A stretch of 64,000 nt of DNA from Candidatus Eiseniibacteriota bacterium (GTDB lineage Bacteria > Eisenbacteria > RBG-16-71-46): the NCBI GenBank assembly GCA_963717935.1, contig CAVQXP010000004.1, forward strand, positions 192,001 through 256,000. The letters are read 5' to 3'. The notes under the pieces were generated by a model. The model was not told where the DNA came from and did not search any database. It was given only the letters and a program-made list of their open reading frames with translations. Below, in pieces: positions 1 to 10,755 of this stretch (the stretch's first letter is position 1; each line of letters starts with the position of its first letter). A program made the position numbers and the translations under genes.

Positions 1-215
1 GCAGCCTGGGCGACCGCGTCGCGGTGGAGACAGGCGTCGAATATGCGCTCGAGAAGCTCCGCCCGGCGCTCTTCCTGCCGATGCATGCCGGCTCGTTCGG
101 CTGCGACTTCGGCGCCTGCGAGACGAGGAGCCACGAGCGCTTCCCGCAGATGCGCGTGGAGACGGTGTCGAACCGCGGGGACCACCTGCGCTACCGGAAG
201 GAAGGATCTCGCTAG
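1..215 (+). CDS. 3' end of probable MBL-fold metallo-hydrolase (UlaG-like), truncated by window edge
   Basis: C-terminal 'LEKLRPALFLPMH' resembles the P-x-H end motif of UlaG-like MBL proteins; stop at 213-215. Confidence 0.45.
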   Translation, partial: SLGDRVAVETGVEYALEKLRPALFLPMHAGSFGCDFGACETRSHERFPQMRVETVSNRGDHLRYRKEGSR

Positions 216-309
216 AGGCGGGCGGGGCCGACCGGCTCCCGGGGCCGGATCGCCTGGACCCTTCATGAGCCGCTGCCGCGAACGTCACGCGGCGCGCGAA
301 CGGTCCAGG

Positions 310-1156
310 CTAGGGCCCGACGCCCATCATCACCTTCGTCACGGTGACGAACGACATCAGCACGGCGAAGGCCGTGAGCGCCAGGAGCGCGAGCGCCAGC
401 ACCTGCACCAGCGGCGTCTCGCGCTTCTCGTCGTCGAATCGCATCATCGTCGCCGTGAGCCAGCCGCCGGCGAAACCGCCGAGGTGCGCCCAGTTGTTCA
501 CGCCCGACATCATGAAACCCATCACGAACAGGATGATGGCCCACTGCCAGAGCTGGGCGCTCAACATCGAGATGCGGCGGCGACGGCCGTAGACGATGAG
601 CGCGGCGAGCAATCCGAAGATGCTGCCCGAGGCGCCGATGGTGGGCGCGCCGCTCAGCAGGTTCGAGGCAAGGAAGCCGGTCGCGCCGGAGACGGTGAAG
701 AGGATGAACGCGCGACCCGGCCCGTAGACCTCGGTGACGTTCGGGCCCAGCTGCCGGACCCACATCAGGTTGAAGAAGATGTGGAGCAGTCCGCCGTGCA
801 GGTAGATGGCGCTGAAGAGGGTCCACCACCAGCCCTGCTGCCAGGCGATGCCACCCGTCATGCCGAGCTGGTAGAGAGAGCGCGTGCCGGGCGAGAGGAG
901 GTTGAACAACGCTCCCAGCCCCTGGCCGCGCATCTGGAAGATGGCGCTCGGCTGGAGCGCGAGAGCGACGGCGATAGAGCGCGACACAGGCGCCGACGAT
1001 GACGGCGTTGAGGTCGAGCCTCCGCCCGAAGAGGCGCTGCAACTGCGGCGTCATGCCGTAGAACCCAGGGCGCCAGGCGCCGCAGAACGGACAGCGTTCC
1101 TCGTCCACGCCGATGAGCTTTTCGCAGCCTGGGCAGATCATGGAGCCGGGCGACAT
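310..1156 (-). CDS. Rhomboid family intramembrane serine protease with N-terminal Zn-ribbon (one frameshift near 985)
   Basis: HGGLLHIFFN, catalytic GASG, WAHLGG in ORF 310-987; MSPGSMICPGC...RCPFC N-terminus in the adjacent frame starting at ATG 1156. Confidence 0.85.
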
Positions 1157-1271
1157 GCCGGGCAGGATAAGCCAACCCGGCGCCCGGAGGCGAGCGCCCC
1201 GCCCGGCCCCCATGCGGAACCGGCCCCGCGAAGTGCGGGGCCGGCGTGAAGGTCCGCCTGGAGAGCGGCGG

Positions 1272-1955
1272 CTAGTCGTCCTCTTCCTCGTCCCCCACGG
1301 GCGCCTCGCGCCACTTCTTCAGCTGCTCGGGCGCGAGCAGAGCGCGCACCTCGAGCACGGTGGCGGTGCGGGACTTCTGCATCCCGGCCCGCAACTGCGC
1401 GAGCTTGTCGATCTGCGCGTCGATCTTCGTCCTGTCAGGCGTCTCGGCGCGCATCAGTTGCTGCAGGTCCATCGTGGCGATGCGCAGATCCGCCTGACGC
1501 TGGATCATCTGACGCTGCTGACGCTCATGGATGAGCGCCACCTTCTTCTGCTGGTCGGCGGTGAGGTCGAGGCCGCGCAGCATCATCGGTCCGTGGCCGG
1601 CGCCCATGCCGGGGCCGCACATCGGACCACCCTGCATGCCCCCGCCCATGCCGCCCCTCGTGCCGCGGCCGGCCATGCGCTTGCCCATCCCGCCCTTCAT
1701 GCAGCAGCCCTTCATGTCGCCGTGCATGCAGCAGCCGCCCTTGCCCATGCCGGCCTTCATGCCGCAACCCGGCAGGTCGGCGCCCATGCCCATGCCCGCG
1801 CCACCGCGCATGGTGCAACCTGGCATCGACTGCCCGGCCGTCTTGCTCGCCGGAGCGGTCTTGTCGGTCTTGTCGGCCGCCAGTGCCAGGAGCGCGGGCA
1901 CGGCCATCATGAGCACGGCTGCCACGGCCACGGCCTTCCAGTGATTCTTCCTCAT
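1272..1955 (-). CDS. Spy/CpxP (LTXXQ) family periplasmic protein with Met/Gly/Cys-rich insert
   Basis: Signal peptide MRKNHWKAVAVAAVLMMAVPALLALAA; LDLTADQQKK and LLAPEQLKKW motifs; GAGG/GGAAG-type RBS upstream. Confidence 0.8.
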   Translation of the reverse strand: MRKNHWKAVAVAAVLMMAVPALLALAADKTDKTAPASKTAGQSMPGCTMRGGAGMGMGADLPGCGMKAGMGKGGCCMHGDMKGCCMKGGMGKRMAGRGTRGGMGGGMQGGPMCGPGMGAGHGPMMLRGLDLTADQQKKVALIHERQQRQMIQRQADLRIATMDLQQLMRAETPDRTKIDAQIDKLAQLRAGMQKSRTATVLEVRALLAPEQLKKWREAPVGDEEEDD

Positions 1956-2284
1956 GGACTTCCTCCCTCGGGGCAGGCACCCGTACTGCGGCGTACGTCC
2001 ACCGTACCGGTTGGTGTATCTGGTTCCTGTTTCAGCGCGCAAGTCGTGTCTCGACAACGAGGCTCGCCCTCGCGCCAGAGGGCGAGGCAAACCGCGGGCC
2101 ACATGATGGTCGCAGGCCCGGTCCCTGCTGTGCAAGCGCGAACGCGCGTGAACAAGCCGTTTCTGCGCGTCCCGACCGTGTCCGGGCGAGTCCCCTGACA
2201 CCACCCGGACATCCGCCTGACGAAGGCTTGCGTTTCGGCGCCGGTCACGGCATCTTGATGCGGTCCGCTGCGAGGCGGGTGCGT

Positions 2285-2370
2285 CGTTAGGGGTGGTCGG
2301 CAAGGACAAGCGCCGACCTGAGAGCAAACCCTCTGAACCTGATCTGGCCAAGACCAGCGTAGGGAAACGG
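2285..2370 (+). ncRNA. TPP (THI-box) riboswitch
   Basis: GGGGTG...CTGAGAG...ACCC..TGAACCTGATCTGG...ACCAGCGTAGGGAA conserved elements; P3 stem GGTCGGC/GCCGACC. Confidence 0.93.
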
Positions 2371-2400
2371 CGAAGACAATCGAGCTCTCCGCTTGCCTTC

Positions 2401-2432
2401 ATGCCGTCCCTTCGCGGGCGGCATCTCTGTTC
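2401..2432 (+). terminator. Putative terminator hairpin (riboswitch expression platform)
   Basis: ATGCCGTCC-loop-GGGCGGCAT followed by a weak CTCTGTT tail, between aptamer and ATG 2502. Confidence 0.5.
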
Positions 2433-2501
2433 CGGGCTGCGCGGCCCCGACGTCTCGCGATCTCGCGCGCCCCGAAGAGCGCCCCCGCCGCGGGATCGCC
2501 C

Positions 2502-3910
2502 ATGTTCAGCACGAGCCCCCTCGACTGGGGGTTGATCCTCCTCTACTTCGGATTCCTCGCCGCGGTCTGGGCGGGCGCCTTCGGGCACCGTCCGGGAGCG
2601 CTCGAGTACCTCGTGGCCGGACGGCGCGTCACGCTGCCCGCGCTGGTCGCCACGCTGGTCGCCACGCTGGTACGGCGGCATCCTGGGCGTGGGCGAGTAC
2701 TCGTGGCGCCACGGGCTCGCCAACTGGCTCGTCTTCGGCGTGCCCTACTACATCGGCGCGCTGCTCTTCGCCGTCTTCTTCGCGAAGCGCGCACGGGATG
2801 CCAGGCTCTACACGCTGCCCGACCTGCTCGACCGCGCCTACGGCCGCGGACCCGCGCTCGTGGGGGCGCTCGCGGTGTTCATCGTGGCGCAGCCCGCCGC
2901 CTACGTGCTCATGCTCGGCACGCTCTTCGCCGCCATGTTCGGCCTGCCGCTGGCGCCCTGCATCGTGGGCGCGGCACTGCTGTCGGTCTTCTACATCGAC
3001 AAGGGCGGGTTGCGGGCCGTGGTCTTCACCGACCAGGTGCAGTTCGTCCTCATGTACTCGGGCTTCGCGCTCCTCCTCGCTTCCTCGTGGCGCAGCACGG
3101 CACGCTGTCGTTCCTGCGCGCGCACGCTGCCACCCGCCCATTTCACCTGGCACGGAGGCAATCCGCCCCAGGCCATCTTCGTCTGGTACTTCATCGCGCT
3201 CTCGGCGCTCGTGGACCCGGGCTTCTGGCAGCGCGCCTACGCGGCCCGCGACCCGAAGGTCGCGCGCAACGCCGTGCTGTGGTCGGTCGCGTGCTGGGCG
3301 GTGTTCGACTTCATGACCACGATGGCCGGCCTCTACGCACGGGCCCTGCTGCCCCGGCTCAAGGACCCGGTGTTCGCCTTCCCCGAGTTGGCGCGCATCA
3401 CGCTGCCGCCGTTCGCGCTCGGCCTCTTCTACCTCTCCATGATCGCCACGGTGATGAGCACGATCGATTCCTACGGGTTCATCGCCGCGGCCACGGTGGG
3501 CCGCGACGTCGTCTGGCGCATCGTGCGCGGCGACGAGGACCGCGTGCCGCGGCTGGACACGCTACGGCCTGTGGCTCGCCGCCGGCTTCGCCGCCGCGCT
3601 CGCGCTCGCCAACCAGAGCGTGATCGCGCTCTGGCACGACCTGGGCTCGATCGTCACGCCCACGCTGCTGCTGCCGGTGGGCACCGCCCTGCTCCAGCGC
3701 GGCCGGCTCGGTGCGCGCTGGACCCTGGTCGCCATGCTCACGCCCTTCTGTCCTCTCGCTCTCCTGGATCCTGCTCAAGGCCTTCCCCCCGGCGGGCATG
3801 GCCGCCGGGGCTATCCGTGGTCCATCGAACCCATCTATGTCGGGCTCGCCGCGTCGCTGCTCGTCTACTCCGCGGGCTGGCTCCGGCCGAAGACGGAGGT
3901 CGCACGATGA
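2502..3910 (+). CDS. Sodium:solute symporter family transporter, probable thiamine/precursor uptake (several frameshifts)
   Basis: EYLVAGR, ATLVAT-WYGGILG, YTLPDLL, GGLRAVVFTDQVQF, WQRAYAA, MSTIDS spread over ORFs 2502/2689/3620; directly downstream of TPP riboswitch. Confidence 0.85.
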
Positions 3911-6271
3911 GGACATCATCGCTCGCGCTCGCGTTCGCGCTCGCGCTCGACGCTCGTCGCTCCGGGTGCCGCGGCCCCGGTGCAGCAGACCGCGATCCGC
4001 GCGTCCCGCGCGCGGCCGTGCCGGCCGAGGACGCGCCCCGGGACACGCTGCGGCGGATCGTGCCGCTGCCCGAGGTGGTGGTGAGCACGACCCGGCTCGA
4101 CGACCGCGCGCCGCTCGCGCGCGCGATGCTCGGACGCGACGAGATCGCGCGGCGCAACACGGGGCAGGACACGCCCATGCTGCTCGCCACGCTGCCCGGA
4201 GCCTACGCCTACTCCGACGCCGGCAACGGCATCGGCTACTCGTACCTCTCGGTGCGCGGCTTTCCGCAGCGCCGCGATCAGCGTGCTCGTCAACGGCGTG
4301 CCGCTCAACGACCCCGAGTCCCACGAGGTCTACTGGATCGACCACCCCGACCTGATGGCCTCGACCAGCGAGGTGCAGTTGCAGCGCGGCGTCGGCTCGG
4401 CCCTCTACGGCGGCGCGTCGCTCGGCGGCACGGTCGCGGTCGAGACCGCGCCCTTCGGCGAGACGCCGCGCGCCTCGGCCACCGTCGCCTACGGCTCGTG
4501 GGAGACGAAGCGGACCATGCTCGAGACCGACTCCGGGCGGCTGCCGGGCGGCTGGAACTTCTACGGGCGCTACTCCCGCATCGAGACCCAGGGCTACCGC
4601 GAGCGGTCCTGGTCGAAGCTCTGGTCCTACGCGCTCGCCGCGCGGCGCACGCTCGGCAGCCAGTCGTTCCGCCTGAACCTCTACGGCGGCCCCGAGGAGA
4701 CGCACCTCGCCTACCTCGGCGTGCCGCGCGCCTATCTCGAGGGCCAGGTCAGCGGCGACGCCGGCCGCGACCGGCGCTTCAATCCCATCACCTACGCCGG
4801 CGAGTGCGACCACTTCTTCGAGCCGCACTACGAGTTCATCCACACGTGGGCGCCACGCGCGGGACTCACCGTCTCGCAGACCTTGTTCTGGTTCGACGGC
4901 AAGGGCTACTACGACGAGCAGCGCGTCGGCCGCAGCCTGGAGCAGTACCGGCTCGGTCCGTGGTGGACCGCGGACTCCACGCTCGTCCCCCGCGGCTACT
5001 ACGCGCAGGACGAAGAGGGCGAACCTGGTGCGGGACGCGCAGGGCCGGGTCGCAGGTCGTGCGCTTCGACCTGGTGCGCCGCCGCACCGTCGCCAACCGT
5101 CACTTCGGCTGGATCCCGCGGGTGCGCGTCGAGCACGCGGGCGGCGTGCTCACGGTGGGCGGCGAGGTCCGCGCCCACGACGGCAGGCACTGGGGCGAGA
5201 TCGTGACGGGCGACGGACTGCCGCCGGGCACCGCGCCGGACCACAGGTACTACGACTATCACCCGCGCACGCTCTCGGGATCGCTGTTCGTGCGCGAGGA
5301 GTGGCAGCCCGATCCGCGACTGCTCCTGACCGCCGACCTGGCGTGGCGGCACCAGGCCTACCGGATGCGGGATGATCGTCTTCGACGGCGTCCGCTTCGA
5401 CCAGGACTACGACTTCGCGCTGCCGCGCCTGGGCGTGACCTTCACGCCCGGCAGCTCGACGACGCTCTTCGCCTCGTTCGCCATCTCCGGCCGCGAGCCC
5501 GCCTTCCGGGACCTCTACGATGCCGAAGGCGCGGGCAGCGTGCCCCTCTACCGCATCCGCGACACGGCCACCAACCACTACGAGGACCCGCTCATCAGGC
5601 CGGAGAGCGTGCGCGACTGGGAGGCGGGGTTCGCCTGGCGCGGAGCGCGCGCCACCGCGACCGTGAACCTCTTCCGCATGGATCTCCGCGACGAACTGGT
5701 CTATGCGGGCCAGTTCAACACCGACCTGGGCTACCCCATCCTCGGGAACGCCGCGCGCTCGGTGCACCAGGGCGTGGAGCTGGCGGCGCGCGCCCGGCAG
5801 GTCCTGCCCCGCGGGCTGCGGCTCGACGTGGATGCGAACGCCACGCTCAGCGACAACCACTTCGTCGAGTACCGCGAGGCCTGGGGTCCGGACCCCGGCG
5901 ACGTCGTCTCGTACGATGGCAAGACGCTCGGGCTCTTCCCCGCGGTGCTCGGCAACCTCGCGGCGCGCGTGGGGTGGCGCGACGTCACGGCCGGTCTCGA
6001 GGCGACCCATGCCGGCCGCATGTACCTCGACAACCGCCAGGACGTGCTCGCCAGCATCGGTCCGCACACGGTGCTGAACGCCACCGCCCGCTGGGGCCTC
6101 GCGGTCGGCGAGGCGTCACGTGCCGAGCTTTCGCTCCGGGTCTCGAACCTGCTCGACGAGCGCTACGCCGCCGGTGGCTACATGGACTACGACGCGGAGG
6201 GGAGCCTCGTGCCGATGTTCGTGCCCGCGGCGACCCGCGGCTGGCTCACGCAGGTGAGCGTGGGGTTCTGA
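3907..6271 (+). CDS. TonB-dependent receptor, probable thiamine-related (several frameshifts)
   Basis: Signal-like N-terminus, EVVVS TonB-box-like segment, plug motifs SVRGF / VLVNGVPLND / QRGVGSALYG, NLLDERY, C-terminal Phe; ATGA overlap with symporter stop. Confidence 0.88.
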
Positions 6272-6292
6272 CGCCGGGACCCGGCGGCCCGC

Positions 6293-6814
6293 TCACGCTC
6301 GCGGGGTCGCGAGGATCTGAGTGATCCGGGCCAGATGGTGGTCGTCGTGCTCGGCGGCGAAGACCATCATGTCCAGCACGTTGACGGTGCGCTTCAGCCG
6401 CGGATGCGAGGCCGTCCGCCCGACGTCGGATGGACCGAGATCTTCCAGCCGGCTCACATGGCGGAGTCGAGCCACCCGGAACGCGGCCAGGAGATCTTCG
6501 ACGGGCCGCTCGTTGAACCGCGCAACCTCCACCCGGCTGGCATCGTGGGCCGCCGGGCGCAGCGCCTTCGCTCCCGCGAGGAAGTCGTCCAGTCGTCCGT
6601 CCCACAGATCCTCCACGAGGAGAAGGTGGCCGACGTTCTCCTGGATGGACCAGGAGTCGCCGTGGCGCACGGCAAGCCAGGCGGGCGGGGAGCCTTCCAG
6701 ACGGTCCTCGAGGCGGGCCGGAGTGCCCCGCAGCCGCTCGAGGACATCAGGGAACAGGGAAACCGGCAGGCCGAAGGCGAAGTCCCGTTCCAGCCAGCGT
6801 GCCCGTTCGATCAT
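6293..6814 (-). CDS. DinB family protein
   Basis: WSIQENVGHL and AEHDDHH His motifs. Confidence 0.8.
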   Translation of the reverse strand: MIERARWLERDFAFGLPVSLFPDVLERLRGTPARLEDRLEGSPPAWLAVRHGDSWSIQENVGHLLLVEDLWDGRLDDFLAGAKALRPAAHDASRVEVARFNERPVEDLLAAFRVARLRHVSRLEDLGPSDVGRTASHPRLKRTVNVLDMMVFAAEHDDHHLARITQILATPRA

Positions 6815-6913
6815 GGACGCCTCCTCTCCCGGGACCGGGCCCGAGGCCACCGGTCGAGCAGACGGCCGGTGCGGTAGACCTTCCGACGAGTGCAGGGAAC
6901 CCCCGCCTGCCGG

Positions 6914-7351
6914 TCAACTCCCGGTGCGCGGCCCGGACGGGCCTTCGTCGGCCGGCTCACCCTGGCCTTCGACGCCGAGCCAGTCCAGCGCAGCCTGCAT
7001 CGAACGGAACACCGACACGGACTTGGAGCCGCGCTGGTTCAGCTCGCGGTAGGTCTCGAACATGCGCGCGAACCCGTAAGCGAGATCCCGCGGGGCGACG
7101 ATGGCCAGCCTCGACGACGCTCCCGACACATCCATGGCCGAGGCCAGTTCGGCCAGCGCCCTCACCCGGTCGTCCGACGACAGGACGAAATCCTCGACCT
7201 CGCCCAGGTCGACGACCTCGTCATAGCCGGCAAGGTCATCGCGGGACCAGACCTCGCGCTGATAGGCGAAGACGTCCTCGTCCGACAGGATCCTGGCCGC
7301 CGTGGCGAAGACGACCCGTCGTTCCAGGTCGATTCGGTATTCGAGGGGCAT
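6914..7351 (-). CDS. Hypothetical protein (STAS/SpoIIAA-like)
   Basis: GGAGG RBS; RLAIVAPRDLAYGFARMF...VFRSMQAALDWL pattern. Confidence 0.6.
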   Translation of the reverse strand: MPLEYRIDLERRVVFATAARILSDEDVFAYQREVWSRDDLAGYDEVVDLGEVEDFVLSSDDRVRALAELASAMDVSGASSRLAIVAPRDLAYGFARMFETYRELNQRGSKSVSVFRSMQAALDWLGVEGQGEPADEGPSGPRTGS

Positions 7352-7508
7352 CGATACCTCCGACCTTCCTGGCCGCGACCGGATCGCGGCCCGTATCGTG
7401 CCGCAATCCGGAGTCTAGCACCCACCGCGGGCCCGGCGAACGCAGTGCGGGGGCGGCGCGGCGGAGAGCAGGAGATCCGGAGGAGACGGGCGGCAAGGAG
7501 GCAGGTGG

Positions 7509-7537
7509 TTGCCTTTCCAGGGCAAGTCCAATATTAT
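7509..7537 (+). promoter_or_regulatory. sigma70-type promoter of tetR-efflux operon
   Basis: TTGCCT-17 nt-TATTAT in an AT-rich patch. Confidence 0.6.
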
Positions 7538-7541
7538 CCCT

Positions 7542-7573
7542 CGGTCATTTATGGGTACGGTCATTCTTGACCG
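7542..7573. promoter_or_regulatory. Candidate TetR operator
   Basis: Palindrome CGGTCA-ttct-TGACCG (7558-7573) plus an extra CGGTCATT half-site at 7542. Confidence 0.6.
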
Positions 7574-7587
7574 GAGGCCATTCAACC

Positions 7588-8187
7588 ATGAGCATCGAAC
7601 CATCCCGACGAGAGCGCAAGAAGGACGAGACCCGCCACCGGATCTTCCACGCGGCGATCGATCTCTTCCGCGAGAAGGGCTTCGAGCAGACCACGGTGGA
7701 CGACATCACCGAGAAGGCCGACGTCGCGAAGGGCACCTTCTTCAATTATTTCCACCGCAAGGAGGCCGTGCTCGCCTACCTCACGGAGAGCCGGCTGCTC
7801 GCGATCGAGGAGAGCGCGGAGGCCCTGCTCGCCGAAGATCGGCCTGCGCCGGAGAAGTTGTTCGACCTGCTGGCCTCCATAGCATCCCCCTACGCGGAGG
7901 ACCACGACCTCTCCCGCTACGTCCTGACGGAGCTCATGTCGCGTATGTACCTGCCGTCGGAGGAGGAGATGATGCGCTGGCACGAGTTGTTCGTGAACAT
8001 CATCCTCCGGGGCCAGGAACGTGGTGAGATCCGCCCCGAGATCGCCGCCGAGCGCATCGAACGCGTCGTCGGCTGCGTCTTCCATGGCACGGTCTTCCAG
8101 TGGGTCCATTGCCACCCGAACGTCTTCCCGCTCCTTCCTGAGCTGCGCGAACGTCTCACGCTGGTGATGGAGGGCTTCGCCTCATGA
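7588..8187 (+). CDS. TetR/AcrR family transcriptional regulator
   Basis: RRERKK...LFREKGFEQTTVDDITEKADVAKGTFFNYF HTH. Confidence 0.93.
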   Translation: MSIEPSRRERKKDETRHRIFHAAIDLFREKGFEQTTVDDITEKADVAKGTFFNYFHRKEAVLAYLTESRLLAIEESAEALLAEDRPAPEKLFDLLASIASPYAEDHDLSRYVLTELMSRMYLPSEEEMMRWHELFVNIILRGQERGEIRPEIAAERIERVVGCVFHGTVFQWVHCHPNVFPLLPELRERLTLVMEGFAS

Positions 8188-9612
8188 ATCGTCTCTCCCT
8201 GTGCGTCACGATCCTCCTCGCCGCCGCCCTGGTGCTGCCGGCCACGGCTCTCGCCCGCCGGGAACCTCCGCCCGCACCGGCCCCCGCCGACACGCTGCGA
8301 CTCACGCTCGACGACGCCATCCAGCGCTCGCTCGCCCGCAGCGAGGACGTGCGCACGGCCCGCGCGAACGTCAGGCAGACCCAGGGCCAGGTCTTCCAGG
8401 CCATGTCCCAGGCGCTGCCGCAGATCTCGGGCACGATCCTCTACGACCGGAAGCTCCAGAGCCTCTTCTCGGGCATGGCCGCCGACACCGGCGGTCTTCG
8501 GCGCGATCCTCAAGAACAGCTCCTTCGCCGCCAGTGCACAGCTGGACCGTCGCCCTCACGGCGCAACAACTCCTGTGGTCGAGCGGCAAGGTCGGCGCTG
8601 CCCTGAACACGGCACGGGCCGCCAACCAGGCCGCGCAGGCCAACGAGCGCGAGACCGCCTCCGAGCTGAAGCTACCAGGTGCGGCGGGCCTACTACGACG
8701 CGGTCTACTCGCAGCGGCTGGTCGAGATCGCCGAGATCGCGCTCGAGCAGGCCCGGGGCCACCTCGCCCACGTGCGCGCAGGGCGCCGCGAGGGCAGCCG
8801 CTCCGAGTACGAGCAACTGCGCGCCGAAGTGGACGCCGCCAACCAGGAGCCCGACGTGGTCGCGGCCAGGAACGGCGCGAGCCTCGCCCTGCTGAACCTG
8901 AAGCGACTGGTCGACGTACCGCTGGGGCAGCCGCTGTCCCTGCTCACACCCCTCGTGGCCGCAGACGGCACGGTGCCGGTGGTCACGGACCTCTCGACCG
9001 CGGTGGACCAGCGGCCGGCGGTGGCCGCGGCGAACCACATGGTCGAGGCGCGCCGGCTGGCCGTGAAGCTGTACCGCGGCCAGTACTGGCCCGACCTGTA
9101 CGTCTCGACCGACCTGTCGCACGTGGCGTATCCATCGGACCCGTGGCCGCTCCGGCGCGAATTCCGGCGCAACTGGGACGCCTACGTGCCGCATCGACGT
9201 GCCCATCTTCAACGGATTGCGGACTCACGGCCAGGTGGTCGAGGCCCGTGCCGAGTACGAGAGGGCGACAGCCACCCGAGACCTCGCGCAGAAGGGCGCG
9301 GCCATCGAGGCGGTGCAGGCCCGCGACGAGATCGAGCGCTCGCAGACCACGCTGCTCGCCCGGCGCGAGACCGTGCGCCAGGCGCTGCGCGCCTGGGAGC
9401 TGGCCGGCGTGCGCTTCAAGAACGGCATGTCCACGCAGATCGAGGTCTCGGACGCGCGTCTGCAGCTCCAGTCGTCCGAGGTCAACGAGATCCAGGCCAT
9501 GCGCGATTATCTGGTCGCCATCGCCCAGCTCGAGCGCGCGGTGGGCCACCCGCTGCCCGTCGAGCGTCAGCCCATCGAACAACTCGTCCCCAACCCTGAA
9601 GGAACGCACTGA
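8184..9612 (+). CDS. TolC family outer membrane efflux protein (frameshifted)
   Basis: Signal peptide, LTLDDAIQRSL, ALPQIS, VPIFNG, RFKNGMSTQIEVSDA...LERAVG over ORFs 8184/8679/9199. Confidence 0.88.
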
Positions 9613-10752
9613 TGCATACGCGCCCGATGAAGCGACTTCTGGCGGTCGCCCTGCTGGCGGCCATGGTGGCCGGCGGAGGCGGTTGCGCCGCGAAGAAGAA
9701 CTCGGCCCCCGCGGGGCCCGAGACCGCCCTGCTCACGACGCGCGACCTCGCCGTGGTGGCCCGCAGGGACGTCGCGACCGGCGTGCCCGTGCAGGGCACG
9801 TTGAAGCCCCTGACGGACGTGAACCTGCTCGCACCCTTCCCGGACGTGATCGAGGAAGTGGTGGTCAGGGAGGGCCAGGCGGTGCAGCGCGGCCAGGTGC
9901 TGGCGCGCATGCGGATGACCTCGGTCGCGCCCGCCGCGGCCAGCGCCGAAGCCCAGCGCCGCATCGCCGAGGCCGATCTGCGGCGCATGGAGAACCTCCT
10001 GAAGGAGGGCGCGGTCGCCGAGCGGGACGTCGAGGTCGCCGACGGCGCAGCTCAAGGCCGCCGAGGCCGCCGCGGCCATGGCCCGCAAGCGCCTCGACGA
10101 GGCGACCGTGCGGGCTCCGTTCGCGGGCGTGGTCGCCCAGCGCTTCCTGCAGAGCGGCGACCGCGTCGGTGACGGCGACCGCCTGTTCCGCGTCGTCAAC
10201 ACCGACGAGCTCGAGTTCACGGCCAGCGTGACCACCGAGGCGCTGGGCCAGCTCAAGGCCGGGCGCCCCGGTGGCGCTGACGGTGAGCGGGCTCGACGGC
10301 CGCCAGGTCTCCGGCCGCGTGTCCCGCGTCAACTCCACGGTGGATCCGGCGACCCGGCAGGTGAAGGTCTACGTGCTCGTGCCCAACCGTGACCACCGGC
10401 TGGCCGGGGACATGTTCGCGAGCGGACGCGTCGTGCTCGAGCAGGCGCGGGCCGCGCTCGCCGTGCCGGGTTCCGGCGTGACGACCGGAACGGACGGCAC
10501 GGCCCGCGTCTGGATCGTGGACGGCCACACGCTCCGCCGGCGCACCGTCACCATCGGCCTGCGCGACGAGCAGGCGCGACCTCGTCGAGGTGCGCAGCGG
10601 GCTGCGCGAGGGCGACAGGGTGCGTCATCAGCTCCGGCGAGGGCCTGGTGGACGGCCAGCCCGTGCAGCTCTCGCGCGGCCTCACGCCGGACGCGCCCGC
10701 GGCGACCACGCCCCCGGCCCCCGCGCCAGCCGCGGACGCCGGGAAGAGGTAG
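9612..10752 (+). CDS. RND efflux membrane fusion (adaptor) lipoprotein (frameshifted)
   Basis: Lipobox-like GGGC; VVVREGQAVQRGQVLA; VRAPFAGVV; VDPATRQVKV; RTVTIG. Confidence 0.85.
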
Positions 10753-10755
10753 CCC

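Noticed and set aside
2641..2671. 12-bp tandem CGCTGGTCGCCA as a contingency repeat
   Set aside because: It encodes the ordinary LVATLVAT segment of the symporter helix.
2689..6324. Apparent 1211-aa symporter-TonB receptor fusion ORF
   Set aside because: Mosaic of in-frame and out-of-frame pieces caused by indels; a separate stop/start overlap exists at 3907-3910.
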